This document shows positions 51,190 to 63,616 of a stretch of 64,000 bases of DNA, piece after piece (within the stretch, counting starts at the first letter, position 1; every line of letters starts with the position of its first letter). Source of the stretch: Octopus sinensis (lineage: Eukaryota). Under the pieces are notes generated by a model. The model searched no databases, had not been told where the DNA came from, and saw nothing but the letters and a program-made list of their open reading frames with translations. The stretch lies in NCBI RefSeq assembly GCF_006345805.1, contig NC_043011.1, positions 9,238,001 to 9,302,000 on the forward strand. The letters are read 5' to 3'. A program made the position numbers and the translations under genes.

Positions 51190-51590
51190 ACATGATATAA
51201 TGATTTGGGACAGAGAAGAGAAACTGTGCACAGTTGTGAAAATTAGCTGCACAGCGGGTGTTAACATAAAGCTGAAGAGCAGTGAAAAAGAGAAATCTGC
51301 AGTTACTCTATCCAGATTACAAGTTCAGGTTTATACCTGTAATTGTTGGGGCTCTGGGATATGTAATACACTGTCTAAATACCAATTTTAAAAAATTAGG
51401 CCTCTCAAAACCAGAAAAGAGAAAGCTAATTCGAAGACTACAGATCCAATCCATCATTGGAACTGTAAAAATCTGTAAAACTTACCTGAAGTTTATCATT
51501 TAAATATATGAGCATGTCCAGATATGCAACTATATGCATGAGAATACATACATAAAACATACAAATCTGCACATACACACAACCATACAT
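51190..51590 (+). mobile_element. 5'-truncated (CATA)n-lineage R4-type LINE (RLE C-terminus + 3' UTR)
   Basis: DIMIWDREEKLCTVVKISC..LQLLYPDYKFRFIPVIVGALG..LQIQSIIGTVKICKTYLKFII*; (CATA)n on both sides. Confidence 0.88.
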
Positions 51591-51728
51591 ACATAATACA
51601 TACATACATACATACATACATACATACATACATACATACATACATACAATACATACATACTTTCTGATAGTGTAAGATGAAAAAAGTACTTCATCCATCT
51701 GTATATGTGTGTACTTGTGTGTGTGTGT

Positions 51729-51775
<47 letters not shown>

Positions 51776-51776
51776 C

Positions 51777-51955
51777 ACTCTTTTATTTGTTTCAGTCATT
51801 TGACTGCGGCCATGCTTGGGAATTGCCGTTTAGTCGAATAAATCGACCTCGGGACTTATTCTTTTACCGAACTGTTAAGTAACGGGGACGTAAACGCACA
51901 AACATCGCTTGACGAACGATGATGGGGGAGGGGGCAAACACAGACACACAAATAC
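51777..51955 (-). mobile_element. SINE family A 3' half
   Basis: ttttatttgtttcagtcatttgactgcggccatgct..ggggacgtaaac. Confidence 0.75.
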
Positions 51956-51984
51956 ATATATATATATATGTATATATATGTATA

Positions 51985-52021
<37 letters not shown>

Positions 52022-52024
<3 letters not shown>

Positions 52025-52102
52025 GACCATCTGGTCTGGGAACTGAAACCTTGATCTTTGATTGTGAGCGCAACACCCTAATCACTAGGCTATGTGCTCC
52101 CA
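52022..52102 (-). mobile_element. Isolated tRNA-derived SINE head
   Basis: Minus: gcacatagcctagtgattagggtgttgcgctcacaatc..ggtttcagttcccagacc (A/B-box-like). Confidence 0.55.
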
Positions 52103-52194
52103 CTATATATAATATATATATATATATATATTCTTTTATTCTGTTATATGTTTTATCCCAAAGACTGTGGCCATACTGATTCACCTTTTAAGTT

Positions 52195-52865
52195 GCCATC
52201 CTTACGGAATTGGTTTTTAAAGACGGAGGGAGTTTGACACAGCTGCCCTCTTTTGAGTTTCTTGATGTGGTATAGATTCATTAGGGACCTTGGTCAAGAG
52301 GAGATCAAGTTGTTTCTTGAAAACATCTACCACCACTGCATGAAGATCCCTCATATGTTTTTGCAAGGCATTAAATAGCTCTTGGCCCTTGAATCCCAAG
52401 CTGCTGCCGTATATGGTCGTCACGTTGACAGAATAGCTGGCACCTTTGGGGCAGTGCAGTGACGCCTAGTTCGGGGTTAGAATACCTCTTGATGCCAAAG
52501 TTTGGTGCCAATCCCTCCAAGATCTTCCATACGTATATCACTTCATGCCCCTCCCATCTCTCCTCCGCGGAGTAAAGCCTTAGTCCTTTCAGTCTTTTCT
52601 TGTAGCTCAACTGTTGCATAGACGCAATCCTCCTGGTGTAGCATCACTGAACTGCCTCAACTTCCGCTATTAATTGACCAAGTGACCACACTTGGGAACA
52701 GTAGGCCAGACAGCTGAGTAAAAATGTCCTCCATAGAACCAGCATAGTTTGCTGGTCCCTCGTTCTGAAAGTTCTGAGAATCCAACAGGTCATTTGTTTG
52801 CACATTGCCACCATCTTAGAGACATGGGCGAGAAACAAGACATTGTTGCTCGTGTTAGTCCCCAG
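52195..52865 (-). mobile_element. CR1/L2-group LINE 3' fragment
   Basis: WILRTFRTRD..LWRTFLLSCLAYCSQVWS, LSYKKRLKGLRLYS.E.R, IYVWKILEGL.PN, LFNAL.KH.RDL..FKKQLD..L.KVP. Confidence 0.75.
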
Positions 52866-53753
52866 CTAACTTTTGCTTAGCCTTAGTTCAGCTCTGATCT
52901 ACAACTAAACATGTCTGCCTTGTAAACGGTTCACCATATAGACGCATCGAAGGAGTCGTTCTGAAAGACCTAATTTGTTTCGAGTTTACTCTTCAATTAA
53001 AAAAATAATACTTCTTAATTAAAGAAGCAATCATGTCAATAATCTTCAGCGTAACCTAACCTCAATTGGTTGAGAGAGCTTTAAATTGCTAGAAACAACA
53101 GCTAAATCTCCCACATAAATAGAACCTATCATTTCAAAAAGAGAGACTGAAAGACATGATGGTCATGGTTGGAACACTTCGATTATCGGTCTTCTCAGAG
53201 TTGGTCTGTGGTTAAACAGCAACAGGAGAGGAAGTCGAGGATAAAAACATCACTAAATGCTCATTGATAGAATCCTGTCTGCTCATGTATTAACAGAGGT
53301 CACGCCAGGTCACATTAGTATCTGACAGAATTCCATGCAGTTGTGCGATCAAACCCATAATAAGAAAAGTCATGATTTATCATCTAAGTCAGTGCTTCTA
53401 CACCATTATTTGTAGCGCTCCCACTGCCGACTTTTTGAAGTAGTTGTTATGCCTAGCGCCCACCTAAGGTGCGAGCAAGGTTTCACGCCTAAACCAACTT
53501 AACATGGATGGTAATTCATGAATTTTACTCTAAAAATAGATTGTATAAGATTTTAACCGGGAAATCCTAAAATATTAATGAAGACGAAAGTTGTAAATTT
53601 ACTTTTTACACTTCAAGTTAATGACTTCCCTGTGCCTAATGAGATCTCATTTTATTTTAATAACTTCTACTCCATTATTTACATTTGACGGATATTGACC
53701 TCATCTTGTTTGTTGTAAACACAACGTTTCGGCTGATGTACTCTCCAGCCTTC

Positions 53754-53822
53754 GTATGGCATAGTGGTTAAGAGCGCGGGCTACTAACCCCAAGAATCTG
53801 AGTTCGATTCCAGGCAGTGACT
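53754..53822 (+). promoter_or_regulatory. tRNA-like internal Pol III promoter (A box + intact B box)
   Basis: tggcatagtggttaag (A-box-like), loop ctactaa in anticodon position, gagttcgattcc (B box GTTCRANNC). No complete acceptor stem, so not a functional tRNA. Confidence 0.7.
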
Positions 53823-53880
<58 letters not shown>

Positions 53881-53943
53881 TAATAACAACAACAACAATA
53901 ACAACAACATCGGAATGAGAACCCAGGTTCGAAATTTCCCCTG

Positions 53944-53989
53944 GACACCTGATGAAGGCTGGAGAGTACATCAGCCGAAACGTTGTGTT
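53944..53989 (+). ncRNA. Minimal type-I hammerhead ribozyme
   Basis: gacac-CTGATGA-a-ggctg(gagagtacat)cagcc-GAAA-c-GTT-gtgtt. Stems I and II fully paired; palindromic stem III. Confidence 0.8.
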
Positions 53990-55330
53990 AACAACAAACA
54001 AGATGAGGACAAATATCCGCCAAATGTAAATAATGTAAACAATGTACACAATTCCTCATCTCCCAAATATACAACTGAAGTATTACTAATTTTATCATGT
54101 ATAATATCATTATTACTATACATGTATGTTACCACACCGTCCTCCTCACCGTCCTCACCGTCCTCCTCAACATGCTCAGTGCTCCCTTAGGGGAAGGTGC
54201 AGCCCACGTTGAGAACTTCCGATCTGTTAGAAATAGAGCCAAGTTTTGCAATCACCTGGATGAGGGAGGTACACTTTAGATAACGTAGTCCGAGGTACAC
54301 AATGGCTGAGAGACAGAAGGGATAATAGTGGTGGGGCGTCTTTGATCACAAAATGTGATCGATAGAGCTGGTTTGGTGGCCTGAAACTTCACAACTACAA
54401 GAGAAATAACAGCGACGGCTGTATGTAGGACAGTCGTTCCTTCATTGTTTAAGACCAACAACAAACAACGACGACGACAACAACAGCAACAACAGACAAT
54501 AGCTGAGAATTTCTGTGAAGATGTCTAAGTTTTTCTATGATGTTCGGTCGGCGAAGGACGGAGAGAAACCGGTGAAGCAATCGATGGAAGTTCAGATATG
54601 TTTGCATCAGATAAGAAGGAAATGTGTGATTATCTCCCCTATCCCTCCTACCTCTTTGACGTCATTGTGATAAAGAAGAATACATAAAGACCAAATCACG
54701 TGCCGGGACAGCCAGGCTCCTTTGTTCAATTAAATATTAGTTACACGGATTAGTTTTTATTCTTTATTTCCCCTCCCCAAACCACCGTCAAATCCTCCCC
54801 CAACCACCATATCGCCCCCCCCATATATACTTTTTTTAGGTTTTCTCTTCCTTTTTCATTCAGTGGCAGGAAATGAATAACAATGTGTGTGTGTGTGTGA
54901 CGGGGTGATTTGAATGGCTACTGGAAAAGAAGATGATGACGTTGACGACAGCGAAATAAGGGTGATGGAGATGGTAATGGAATGCTGTCGACGACGACAA
55001 TGATGATGATGATGATGATGATGATGTGGTGGTGGTGGTGGTGGTGGTGGTGGTGGTGGTGGTGGTGGTGTGGTGGTGGTGGTGGTGGTGGTGGAGATGT
55101 TGATTGCGCTGTTTAGTAACGTCTGAATATTTTGAACAAATTTATTTCTGCAGACGAACTGAATGGACCCAGTGTATAACTGGTACTTATTCTCATCACC
55201 TGCACCTCACTGATGAAGACGATTCCGTGGATAGGAATTCTGGACAGAAATATGATACTGGGTTAGACCTCTCGAAGATATCAGGTCGGTGCTCTGCCGT
55301 TTGCAGCGAATAATAATAATAATAATAATG

Positions 55331-55378
<48 letters not shown>

Positions 55379-55599
55379 TCGATTTCACTTATTTGCCCCA
55401 AAGGCGAAGGATGAGGGGGACAATACAAAGAGAGACATAAAGTGTGAGTGTTTACATATAATGAAATGATTTTAAAAAATTAAAAAGGAAAGAAAGTAAG
55501 TATACAGTGAAAAAGAAGGGACATATGCATAGCAGGGAATATTTTAGAGATGTGGTCCTCCTGATACAGGATGGCCTCTAAGGAATAATCGAGGAACTC

Positions 55600-56255
55600 C
55601 ACTGCCTGAGATTTCCCTGAAATCCCAGGAGCAAGTGCTCTCCCCAATTCCTTCTCTCTGACTCACAGGTTTGCACTTAGAGAGGTACCATCCACTCATG
55701 CCATTTTTGCAACTTTCACTCACCTTTCAATAAACTCACTCGAGGACAGCACTTCTCTCTCCACTCTCAATTTCCTTATTAAGTGAAACTTGAAGAAGTC
55801 AATGAGAGGAATGGATCTGTCCTCATGCTTTTTAGCCTTGTCCACCAAAAAACCTCTTTCGCCACAGCCACCAGACAACGGAAAACTGCCTGGCCTGCTC
55901 AGTTGTAGGAAGGTGGTGGTGCAATCATCACTACAGACTCGGCCGACAGACGGATCCGTCCCACACACGACAGCATCCGTTCGACATAACTCCACAAGTC
56001 AGCAATGCCCGGACACTGAACGAATGCATGCAGAACCGTTTCGTCACTCTGTATGCACCTTGGACAAACCCGTTTAACAGCACTCTGTGCCTATAGAATT
56101 ATTTCGAACCGATAGCGTCCGCACCCTGGTAGCACTGGTAAGTCAAAAACATCTGGAAATTATCCATGGCAGTTCGTGATCGGAAAATCCCCCGGAGCTG
56201 ACTATCCAGTTCGTTCTCGCCGGCACCTAGAGTCTCCTGAGAACGTCGCACTTCC
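55600..56255 (-). mobile_element. Probable Tx1/L1-clade LINE 3' fragment
   Basis: ..FFKFHLIRKLRVEREVLSSSEFIER*VKVAKMA resembles Tx1-type ORF2 C-termini; degenerate. Confidence 0.5.
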
Positions 56256-56314
56256 CTGCTGTTGCTGCTGCTACTACTACTACTACTACTACTAATAATA
56301 ATAATAATAATAAT

Positions 56315-56350
<36 letters not shown>

Positions 56351-56353
56351 AAC

Positions 56354-56412
<59 letters not shown>

Positions 56413-56429
56413 TAATAATAATCACAACA

Positions 56430-57498
56430 CAGAAAAATACGAAAATTGTTGACAATGCATTGAATGTGTCACCCTAAGGCAGATATAGAACGACTCTACT
56501 TGCCAAGAAAAGAGGGTGGCTGTGGTCTTTTACATCTGGAATTAACAATGAAGATTGCCACACTTGGCCTAGACACCTACCTTAAAAACTCTGATGACTG
56601 GATGTTAAAGCTTGTCTCAAACCATGGAAACAAGAAAGCAGCATACTCAGTAACAAAACAGGCAAAGGTATATCTAAGTGAATTCTAAATACAACACATC
56701 CCAGAATTAGCCGTAATGGAAACAAGCACAGAAAAAGCTAAGTGTATGAAAACTCGTGCTAAAACTGCTGCCTTAGATATTCTTACTGATAAATGGCAAG
56801 AAAAACCTCTCAATGGCAAATACCCATGATAGAGCTGCACAATATATTCACTGGATAATTTGTAAAAACCTGGACTTGCCCCATGATAAAAACTGGTGGG
56901 AACACAAACCACCCCCAGTGCTTGAAAATGACCACATCTCACTCCTTTGGAACTACACCATTCAAACTGACAGAAAGATATATGCAAACAGGCCAGATAT
57001 CACATTGAAAAACTTCAGACAAAACTCATGCCTCCTCATTGATATGACTGTCCCAATCGATACAAACGTATCTGTCAAGACCTACCAAAAACTGAGCAAG
57101 TATAAAGACCTTGAGATAGAAATTAGCAAAATGTGGAACCTGAAGACTAAAGCAACACCTGTTGTCATAGGTGCCCTGGGAAAGATAGCAAAAGGAGCTG
57201 ATTGCTACCTAGCTCAGATACCAGGAAACCCAAAAATGGCAGAAATTCAAAAGATAGTGCTCTTGGGAACTGCTCATACCCTACGCAAAATACTTTCTAT
57301 GTAATCTCAAGTTTTAAAACAAACATAATTTTCGTTTTTTTTTTTTTTTTTAGACATTCACTAGTACAACACAAAAAAAAAATCCAAATATATGGCACCC
57401 TAGGCATAACAACAACATGAACTTCCAACCTGTTGTCCCTTGAGGTCTCTGGGTGAGACTTGGAGCCAACTTGTACAAATATAAAGCAAAAGTCAAAC

Positions 57499-57500
<2 letters not shown>
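56430..57500 (+). mobile_element. 5'-truncated, internally deleted copy of the (TAA)n-targeted R4/Dong family with intact 3' UTR
   Basis: [17 protein letters not shown].., [32 protein letters not shown]; 3' UTR matches 17986-18200; (TAA)n on both sides; CCHC region deleted at ~56825. Confidence 0.92.
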
Positions 57501-57566
<66 letters not shown>

Positions 57567-57899
57567 TAAAATAATAATAATAATAACACAACAACAACCA
57601 AACAACGTTAATAAACATACAAAAGAAGAAGAAGAAGAGAGAAGAAGAAGAAGAAGAAGAAGAAGAAGAAGAAGAAGAAAAAAGAAAAGAAGAAAAAAGA
57701 AGAAGAAGAAGAAGAAGAAGAAGAAGAAGAAGAAGAAGAAGAAGAAGAAGAAGAAAGAAGAAGAAGAAAATGCCCGACGTGGTAGCAATTTTACCAGCTC
57801 GATGATGAGGATGATGATGATGATGAGAAGGAGGAGGAAGAGGTGGAAGAGGGGGATTTATGCTCAAGGCTAACAGTATTAAATGGAGATTACATCGAT

Positions 57900-58035
57900 C
57901 CTAATATTTGACAAACACTTTATTTTATCAGCTCCGAAAGGATGAAGGGAAAAGTTGACCTCAGCAGAATTTGAACTCAGAACATATGAATCAAATGAAA
58001 TACCTCTAGGCATTTTGTCCGACCCTCTAACAATT
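57900..58035 (-). mobile_element. SINE family B, degenerate
   Basis: ccgaaaggatgaagggaaaagttgacctcagcagaatttgaactcagaac. Confidence 0.75.
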
Positions 58036-58059
58036 TTGTCAATTAACAATTAATAATAA

Positions 58060-58620
58060 ATGCAAATGTGCAGAGCGGGGATGAACATATCAACCATCTA
58101 GTTGCAGTAAGGTAACGCAAAAAGAGTATAAACGCTGGAACGACTGTGTTAGTAAAAGATTACATAGGGACGTTAACCAAGTTTCTGGAAGTGAAGTATC
58201 AGAAAAGTGGTATGAAGAAGAGCCAGAAGCTAAGACGGTGAATGAGATTTTCAGGATTTTATGGGATTTCTCCATAGAAACTTACCATACTATTGAAGCA
58301 AGTAGACTAGATATGACCATGGGGGACAAAAGGAATTGTGCTCTTTCATTGGCTCTTATATGATAGTAGAGTAAATGTCAAGGAAACAAAACTGAAGATA
58401 TCAGGAGCTAAATGACGAAATTGCAAACCGGATATTGTTTGTTTGGAAATTTGTGCATTTGACACAACATCGAAACTGTTGCCTACGAGACAGAAAGATA
58501 TTGGAAACGAGACGGGAGTTGTGCACTCGTAGAAACAGTAGCCTTCTGTATTCTGCAAGAAACCGAAGAAAGATCTGAAGAAATTTGTTCTGCTAATTAG
58601 ATTAGTTGGTGATAAAACAG
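58060..58620 (+). mobile_element. Degenerate R4-type 3' fragment (same subfamily as 13440-13990)
   Basis: HINHLV.CSKVTQKEYKRWNDCVSKRLH..EKWYEEEPEAKTVNEIFRILWDFSIETYHTIEASRLD. Confidence 0.75.
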
Positions 58621-59671
58621 CAACAACAACACACACAGATATATGCATGTGTGTTTGTGTGTGTTAAAACGCGTGCACACACACACACAAACACACACAT
58701 ACACACACATACATACATACATACTCACTCACACATGTATATTACGTGTGTGTGTGTGTGTGTGTGAAAGCCAGTATATATTTACTGAAAAGAAAAAAAG
58801 AAATATATTTATCCCGGCAAATCCGACACCATCTCCATCAATAATCTATATGAACTGTTAGTAAAATCTGCTTTATTTTTCGCTTTTAAATGGTTTATGT
58901 ACGTTAATAAATAAGTGTTTTAGTATTAAAGTAGTGTGTATGGTTTAGTAGTCGAGTATACTCAATAAACAACAAACAAGGTTAATTTTGTTTTTTCTTT
59001 GTGTCTCGAACGTCTGCTTGGTTATATGGTGCGGCAGTAGTTTATGCATTGAGATAAGAGTCGAAACATTTAGCGTTATGTTAAATGATTCCAGGAAGAT
59101 GTAATGAATTCAATGCAATGCTCCAATGAAAGTTTCTCTCAAATCTTGTTAAACGACGTCAATAAAATTCTTCTTTTTTTTATGACTTGGTGCATTTGTT
59201 ATTTAGTTGTTGCTTTTGCTTGTGTTATCGTGTTGTTTGTGTTTTATATTCAAATAAACTTTTGGAAATATTTTTCTAAGGTGTTCAGACAGTCAACAAC
59301 AAAATATGAAAGCTTTTAATAGAACTGAGCACGTTGTGTATAACATAGCGATGGACAAAGCTGAAGAAGCATGGTTCGTGCCCTGCTACCGGAGAAGATT
59401 GTATTCGAGGTCAATGTACTCAGATCTCAACTTCTGAATCTATCAATCTCTAAGTAGGTACCATTGATGAGGCAAATCCATCTACATGTTAAATAGGTAA
59501 CTCAGTGAAGTACGGTTTACTTTTCTGTGAGTAGGTACCACAAGGATACATCCATCAAGCTCTAAGTACCCCACTAAGGTACGGTTCCTTCAGTAGTAAA
59601 CAGGTACCACAGTGTGATACGATTTACCACCATAAGTATCATTGTTGACATGGCTAGTACTAAGCTAACTT

Positions 59672-59730
<59 letters not shown>

Positions 59731-59984
59731 CTGGCAGGTAAATCTACTTACAAGAAACGATCGTGTTGTCCAGGAGAAGATATATTTCTCATCAGTTGAA
59801 AGGCTGAGATAGGTTTTGGCCCCATAGATACTGGTTAAAGAAGGTATTTCTAGAATTATTTATACCTTTTGGTGGGAAAATATGCAGTTGAAGAATTAGA
59901 AGAAAGAATGAGAAAAATAATACGAGGAATAAGGTGGATTAAACTTGTTTTTTTTTAATGTTGCGTGGTTCAGATATCTTCTTT

Positions 59985-60026
<42 letters not shown>

Positions 60027-60563
60027 CACTCACTCTCATTGCTTTTTCTTCTTATCGATCTATTTATCTGTCTTTCTACTTAACTTCATACAAGCACTTT
60101 GCCAATTTTCTGCAAGGAAATAAAACACTCATCAATTATATACGCTCCCGCTGCCTCCAAGGATGAAGTGTGCCTCCTCATGATACTTCCTTCATTTTAA
60201 AAATAAATGGAAGATCATATTAGATGACAGTGAGTTCGAGTGTGCTGTAAACCTAGAAAGAATAAAAAGACGGTGAGGAGGCTCTGTATTCAGCCATCTG
60301 CTCCATCAGAGCCAACACAGTAAGTTATCGAAAATTCTAGAAAAATAAATCATGTGGATGTTTCCTCAATGCATAGTTTGAAGAACCAGGGTAAATTACA
60401 GTAATTACCATTAAAAATATTCTCCGTTACCTCTATCGATATGGACCACACTGTTGAATAAGGTGCTGGAAGTTAGCATCCCATTAGCAAGTCTTATGAA
60501 CAAGATCTTTTACTTTCGATGGCTCAATCTACCAAACTCTAAATAGATGCAATGAGGAAGACA

Positions 60564-60788
60564 GAACGTGGCAGAAACGTTAACACGCCGGGCGAAACGC
60601 TTAGCAGTATTTCGTCTGTCTGAACGTTCTGAGTTCAAATTCTGCCGAGGTCGACTTTGCCTTTCATCCTTTCGGGGTCGATAAATAAAGTACCAGTTAC
60701 AGACTGGGATCGATGTAATCGACTTAATCCTTTTGTCTGTCCTTGTTTGTCCCCTCTATGTTTAGCCCCTTGTGGGCAATAAAGAAAT
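60564..60788 (+). mobile_element. SINE family B, near full length
   Basis: tggcagaaacgttaacacgccgggc..gagttcaaattctgccgaggtcgactttgcctttcatcctttcggggtcgataaataaagtacc..gccccttgtgggcaataaagaaa. Confidence 0.88.
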
Positions 60789-61412
60789 ATATATTCAACA
60801 AGTACCTCACCAGTTTCCACTAATTGTTTTTACTATTCCTGTCGAACCATTATCTTGGAAGATCTCACACTACGACACCGTTTCAGCCAGTTTTGACGCA
60901 ACATTGTCAAAACACATTTTACAAACGAATTAATTCGCTTTTGTGAGGAACTGTTTTCTAAAAGCCCCTTTTATCGTCTCTTAAGCTTAATACACTAAAT
61001 TACTCTAAATAAAAAAAGAAAATATCAACCAGAAAATAGAGCTGAAGTTATTCAAGAAATCGATATTTGTCTTCAATGAATTTTATAAAAAATATACAAA
61101 AAAGATTTAAATGTATTTTCTAATGGTTAGTTATCTTTGTTGATGAAAAAGAAATGACTATGAGACATTTATCAGCGAATGTCTGGCGGTAAATGTGTTA
61201 ATTTAAGCTTGCTTAAATAATAGGTTGATTCTCTATTTTTAGTCCAGCTCAGATAGAAAAAAACAACAACAAAAAAATTAAAAACAGTATATATACAAAT
61301 AGGCAATTTACCAAATTCCCTTGTCATTTGTGTCGACATTTCGTGGAAATAGAGGAGAGCGGTAGAGGTGGGCGGGTCGTTAGGTAGGTAGGTGGATAGA
61401 ATAGATAGATGG

Positions 61413-61463
<51 letters not shown>

Positions 61464-61532
61464 AATTTGTGTTGCAATACACACACACACACACACACAC
61501 ACACACCACACACACACACACATAATTTGTAT

Positions 61533-61565
<33 letters not shown>

Positions 61566-62115
61566 ATGTATGTACAGACACACACTCAAATATAAACATA
61601 TATACATACATATTATATATATATATGTGTGTGTGTGTGTGTATGTATATATATATATGTGTATGTATATGTATGTACACGCACTCAAATATATATGCAC
61701 ACACACACATAGATAGATGACTACATATCTACTTCGGGAAGATGGTGTGCGTGTGTGTGTGTGTTTGTACTTGAGTACATATAGTGTGGTTCTGTGAGTT
61801 GTGTGAGAGATGGTGGGAGAGACAAGTAGAGGGGTGAACGCATCAGTTATAATCAAGAATTACACGCATATCCGTCTCTTAAAAGCAAAAGAAGAGAGAA
61901 CAAAAGAAAAAATCAAAAAATCTATTTCTAAACGTGAAATATTTGGTATTAAAAACAAAAGTGATTAATAAGAGAGTTCGATTCACATTTTTTTCTAACC
62001 CCTGTTGCCCTACCCCTAACTTTACTCCTCTCTCTTTCTTCTACAATATATGAGTGTGTGTGTATACTCATATATGTTTGTATGTGTACGTATAGAAAGA
62101 TCCGACAGAAGGAGA

Positions 62116-62161
<46 letters not shown>

Positions 62162-62637
62162 TCTCCTTCTGTCGGATCTTTCTTTCTTCCTCCCTGTCTT
62201 TCTACTATTTAACTCTCCCCTTCCTTCTCTCTCTCTCTCTCCCTCTTTTCCCCTTCTCCCTCATTCAGCAGACGACCCAATCAAGATGGCGAACTGCTTG
62301 CTGCACAAAATAGAGATTTACAACTTTCACTGCCATTTCTCCATCACATAAACAAGATCTACTTACATTATCTAATTTCAAGCTATTTTATTCCAGTCAC
62401 CTGGAAATCGGAACCTCCTACATCCAGCTACTTTTTTCAACCATTCTACTTATTTTCTCTTCTCATACATAACTCTCATAGACTCACTTACTCTTTCTCT
62501 CTCATTCTTCATCTCTCTCCACCTCTGTCTTTCTTTCCCTCTCCCGTTCCTTCTCTTATCTCTCTCTCTCTCTTTTTCTTTCTCGTTAGTGTTTCTTTTC
62601 TATCACGGGTTAGAATTGCTTTTTCTTACGTAATATT

Positions 62638-62765
62638 CGTCTTCTTCTTCTTCTTCTTCTTCTTCTTCTTCTTCTTCTTCTTCTTCTTCTTCTTCTTCTT
62701 CTTCTTCTTCTCTTCTTCTTCTTCTTCTTCTTCTTCTTCTTCTTCTTCTCCTCCTCCTCCTCCTT
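62638..62765 (+). repeat. (TTC)n/(CTC)n array
   Basis: Direct reading. Confidence 0.95.
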
Positions 62766-63570
62766 CCTTTATTTATCTGTCTCCTACTCCCCTCAGCCAT
62801 TCTCCCTTCTGTTTCCACTCCCTGCCTATAATGTTCTTCACTTTTCTTCTTTCCTTTATTCCGACCTTCAGCCAATTCCGTCATTTATCCCCTCCCCTGA
62901 CCCAAACCCTTCAGTTCGCTTAATATTTCATTGACCCATCATCAGAACTCCGAGGACAGGTGATGTCCACCAAAGTGGGATATGAATTCAGATCATAGAA
63001 AAACAAAGTTAAAAAAGTTAAACGTAAATTCCTCCCCCACCCTCTACCAACTTCAGTTCACTTGATATTAATTTCTTCCTTTGACACAAGACCAACTTGG
63101 AGTATAGATGTTTGGTTGTTACTAATATGGTCCTGCTACTTACGCCATGGACATAGATGGATTACCCATACCAACTTGTACAAGCAATAATACTAACGAG
63201 TCAAAACCCTAAAACTAACTGCTTTTATAACCACCAATACTTACTATTAAAACTACTAATACTAATTATTATAACGAACTATACTAACTGCTACACCTAC
63301 TGATACTAATTACTTTAACCCTTAATACTAACTACTCTAACATCTAATACGAACTACCAATACAACTAATACAAACTAATGTAACAAATTCTTTACCAAT
63401 AACCTGGCTTTTGTCTTCTCATTGCAGTAAATATAGCTGGGGTGGCTCAGAAGCAAAATACAGGGTGGGAAAATGAGAAAATAAATATGAGAGAAAGTTA
63501 ATAGTGACGTACTGTGAGGGAGAGAAAGATATCGACGTTTCAGAATGTTTTCCTTTGTCGAGGAAGACGA

Positions 63571-63616
<46 letters not shown>

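Larger units (their letters stand above)
53674..54060 (+). mobile_element. Solo Penelope-pLTR-derived element: inverted partial copy + tRNA-like head + (TAA/CAA)n + hammerhead
   Basis: 53674-53753 is a near-perfect reverse complement of 53954-54033; the cassette matches 14375-14602. Confidence 0.85.

Noticed and set aside
53754-53822. tRNA gene (anticodon position ACT)
   Set aside because: No complete acceptor stem or variable arm, and embedded in a repeat; treated as a tRNA-derived promoter.
55205-55260. CTGATGAAG hammerhead-like start
   Set aside because: No matching stem II/GAAA or stem I; the similar words at 3310 and 38410 were rejected for the same reason.
62270-62351. CCAAT + CAAGATGGCG (YY1-type) after a polypyrimidine tract
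   Set aside because: Short ORF ending in a stop, no donor, no other support for an exon or promoter.
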